From assembly GCA_038087875.1 (NCBI GenBank), contig JAXLNO010000142.1, forward strand, positions 1 to 49,420: 49,420 nucleotides of DNA. Direction: 5' to 3'. The stretch comes from Malacoraja senta. Lineage: Eukaryota. Both the position numbers and the translations under genes were made by a program. A model generated the notes under the pieces. That model did not search any database. It was not told the DNA's origin and saw only the letters and a list, made by a program, of their open reading frames with translations. Positions 47,247 through 49,420 of this stretch are shown in pieces (position 1 is the stretch's first letter; the number at the start of each line of letters is the position of its first letter).

Positions 47247-48195
47247 CATCAGTGGTGGGAAATAATGGAAAGGATACTAAAGACAATATTATAGGAATTT
47301 GGATAAATAGGGTAGGATTAGGAAGAATTAGCATGGATTTGTGATTGTGATATTTGACTAATCTTGTTTTTTTTCCTTAAAAAATAGGTTATTAGGGAAA
47401 TTGATGAGGTTAAAGTGGTGAACTTCAGTAAGGCCTTTGACAAGGTTCAAAAAGGAAATAAGGTTGGTTAAGAAGAGGTTAGTAAGGAATAGCAAGATGG
47501 ATTAAAAAGTGGCTGTATGGGAAATGTCAGAGAGTAATGGTGGATAGATGTTTATCAGGTTGGAGGTTAGTCACTAGAGGGGTACCTCGGGGATGTGTGT
47601 TGGGTCCACTGTTGTTTGTCATGTGAATCAATAATATGGATGTTGGTGTGGTAAGATAGATTAAGAAATATGTAGATGATACTAAGATAGGTGGTGTTGT
47701 GAATAATGAAGTAGATTTTAAAATGTACAGAGAGATTTAGGTCATTTGGAAGAGTGGGTTGAAACATGACAGATGGGTTTAATGTTGATAAGTGTGAGGT
47801 GATACATCTTGGCAGGACAAATTCAAATTAGACTTACATGGTAAATGATTGTGAATTGAGGAATGAAGTTGAACAGAGGGATCTAGGAATAACTGTGCAT
47901 AGTTCCCTGAAGGTGGAATCTCATGTAGATAGGATGGTAAAGAGGGATTTTGGTGTGTTGGCCTTTATAAATCAGAGCATTGTGTATAGAAGTTGGGTTG
48001 TAATGTTAAATTGTACAAGCTATTGGTGAGGTCAATTGTGGAGTATGGTGTATAATTTTGGTAGGCATAATTATAGGAAAAGGTTAACAAAATACAGAGT
48101 ACAGAGGAGATCTATTAGAATGCTGACTGGGTTTCAGCAACTAAGAGAATGGTTGAGCAAGTTAGGTTTTTATTATTTGGGAAAGATAGAAGGAA
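47247..48195 (+). mobile_element. Strongly degraded, C-depleted CR1 RT fragment inside ERV2
   Basis: Collinear with 29044-30030 but with many C>A/T and G>A changes and deletions. Confidence 0.85.
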
Positions 48196-48199
48196 TACC

Positions 48200-48713
48200 C
48201 ACCATGGTAGTGATGTTTTCTTAAGGAACTGTTTACTGGCAGTATCTCGTTCTATTACAGAATTAAAACCAAGGGCTGCTGGCACAGAGACCCCATCTCG
48301 ACTTTCCAATCCATTCTGTGAAAGCAGGGAACTGGGATCTTGTAAAATCATGGAAGGAAGAAAAGATGCAACCTAAGGGGACTGGACTCTACCTTGTGTT
48401 ATTAATCACCGAGACAGCAGTACGAACAAAAGAAAAAGGGTGGACACACGCAAGCCGATTTAAGGGTCTTGTGGAGGCCCCACCAGACAATATCAGCCCG
48501 TGGACTGTGCGTGAAGGGAAGGAACCATTGACATTGTGCCTATTCGGATGTTGTATCATTCCCTGCGCACGGGGGATGGCTCAGCGATTGAGAGAGACAG
48601 CCCTGACAAAGAACAGCGCCGTCATGATGGCCTTCAGAACACAGTATGACCAGCGAGAGGAGGATAGTGAGCGGAAGAATCTGCTAGCACTAGAAAAGGA
48701 GGATGTAGTATAA
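48200..48713 (+). pseudogene. ERV2 integrase C-terminus fused in frame to Env cytoplasmic tail
   Basis: AGNWDLVKSWKEEKMQPK..YLVLLITETAVRTKEKGWTHASRFK, then CLFGCCIIPCARGMAQRLRETALTK. Confidence 0.78.
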
Positions 48714-48749
48714 ATCAAAAGTTGCGTAGCAAAAAGAAAAATGGTGGAT

Positions 48750-49321
48750 TGTGAGAAAATGGTTAATAGAGATGGTTGATTTATACTAGAACTCTGAAAT
48801 ATAACTTTGAAAGAAATAATGTGTCAGCAGAAGCCAGACTGCTAGTAGAATAGAAAGTAACGATATAAAGAACAGGAGAAATTCTAGATAAAAAGTAGCA
48901 ATAGAAATACTTCAGTAGAATTTTTTGGAGAAGCAAGGCAGAGTTGAAAAGGGCGAGGGGTTAAAAACAACAACGCATGCCTAATGAACTTGCGTGAATA
49001 TGTACACACACCTACTATGACAAGATGCCTAATTTAAATGCACATGCGATGCATGTAATAGGAGGTAACCTTGACGTCAGGGGAGGTGTCTTTGACGTTC
49101 TCGTGGGAATCTGGGCTTTATGTTATGATTGGAAGAAGCTCAATGGGGAGGGATGAAGGACAAAAGTGAAATGAAATGTATAAAGATAGGAAGCATCTCC
49201 ATCTTCGGTGTGTCTCTAGAGGGCGACAGAGGGGCACCGTTTTCTGCACAGAAATGTAATAAATATGATTAACTTTTTTCTCTGACTTTGTCTCTGAGCA
49301 TTTGGGAATTTGAATCTCACA
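48750..49321 (+). repeat. ERV2 3' LTR (572 bp)
   Basis: PPT-like aaaaagaaaaatggtgga; TGTGAGA...TCTCACA; homologous to 42371-42813 with an extra ~130-bp block. Confidence 0.92.
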
Positions 49322-49420
49322 GGGATAAGGGGGAAATCCTTTAAAACCGAGATGAGAACAACTTTGTTCACACAGAGTGGTGAATCTCCGGAACTCTCTG
49401 CCACAGAGGGTAGTTGAGGC
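49322..49420 (+). mobile_element. CR1 3' region fragment (continues beyond window)
   Basis: ggataagggggaaatcctttaaaaccgagatgagaa..ctctctgccacagagggtagttgaggc. Confidence 0.85.

Overview
Eukaryotic, almost entirely repeat-derived DNA. The SINE/LINE complement (HE1-type V-SINEs, HER1/CR1 LINEs, Rex1/Babar, Penelope) and a GPR139-like exon point to a cartilaginous fish, probably a skate or ray (inference). No intact host gene is visible. Main contents: (1) two convergent DIRS1-type tyrosine-recombinase retrotransposons (1-4769 +, 5' end outside the window; 12325-18720 -, complete) with decayed ORFs but perfectly matched terminal/ICR repeats; (2) a pseudogenised elasmobranch GPR139-like GPCR exon (5328-5620); (3) the 3' half of a class I (gamma/epsilon-like) endogenous retrovirus (33903-39089) whose Env TM subunit closely resembles filovirus GP2 with an internal Cys-bounded fusion loop, the most striking signal here; (4) a second, non-autonomous mosaic ERV (42371-49321) with tRNA-Pro PBS, vestigial gag/pol, an integrase-to-Env-tail fusion and a C-depleted CR1 passenger; (5) Penelope fragments with minimal hammerhead ribozyme motifs; (6) many nested LINE/SINE fragments and several unclassified repeats. 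All family calls and alignments were made by eye from motifs; no database search was run and internal boundaries are approximate.
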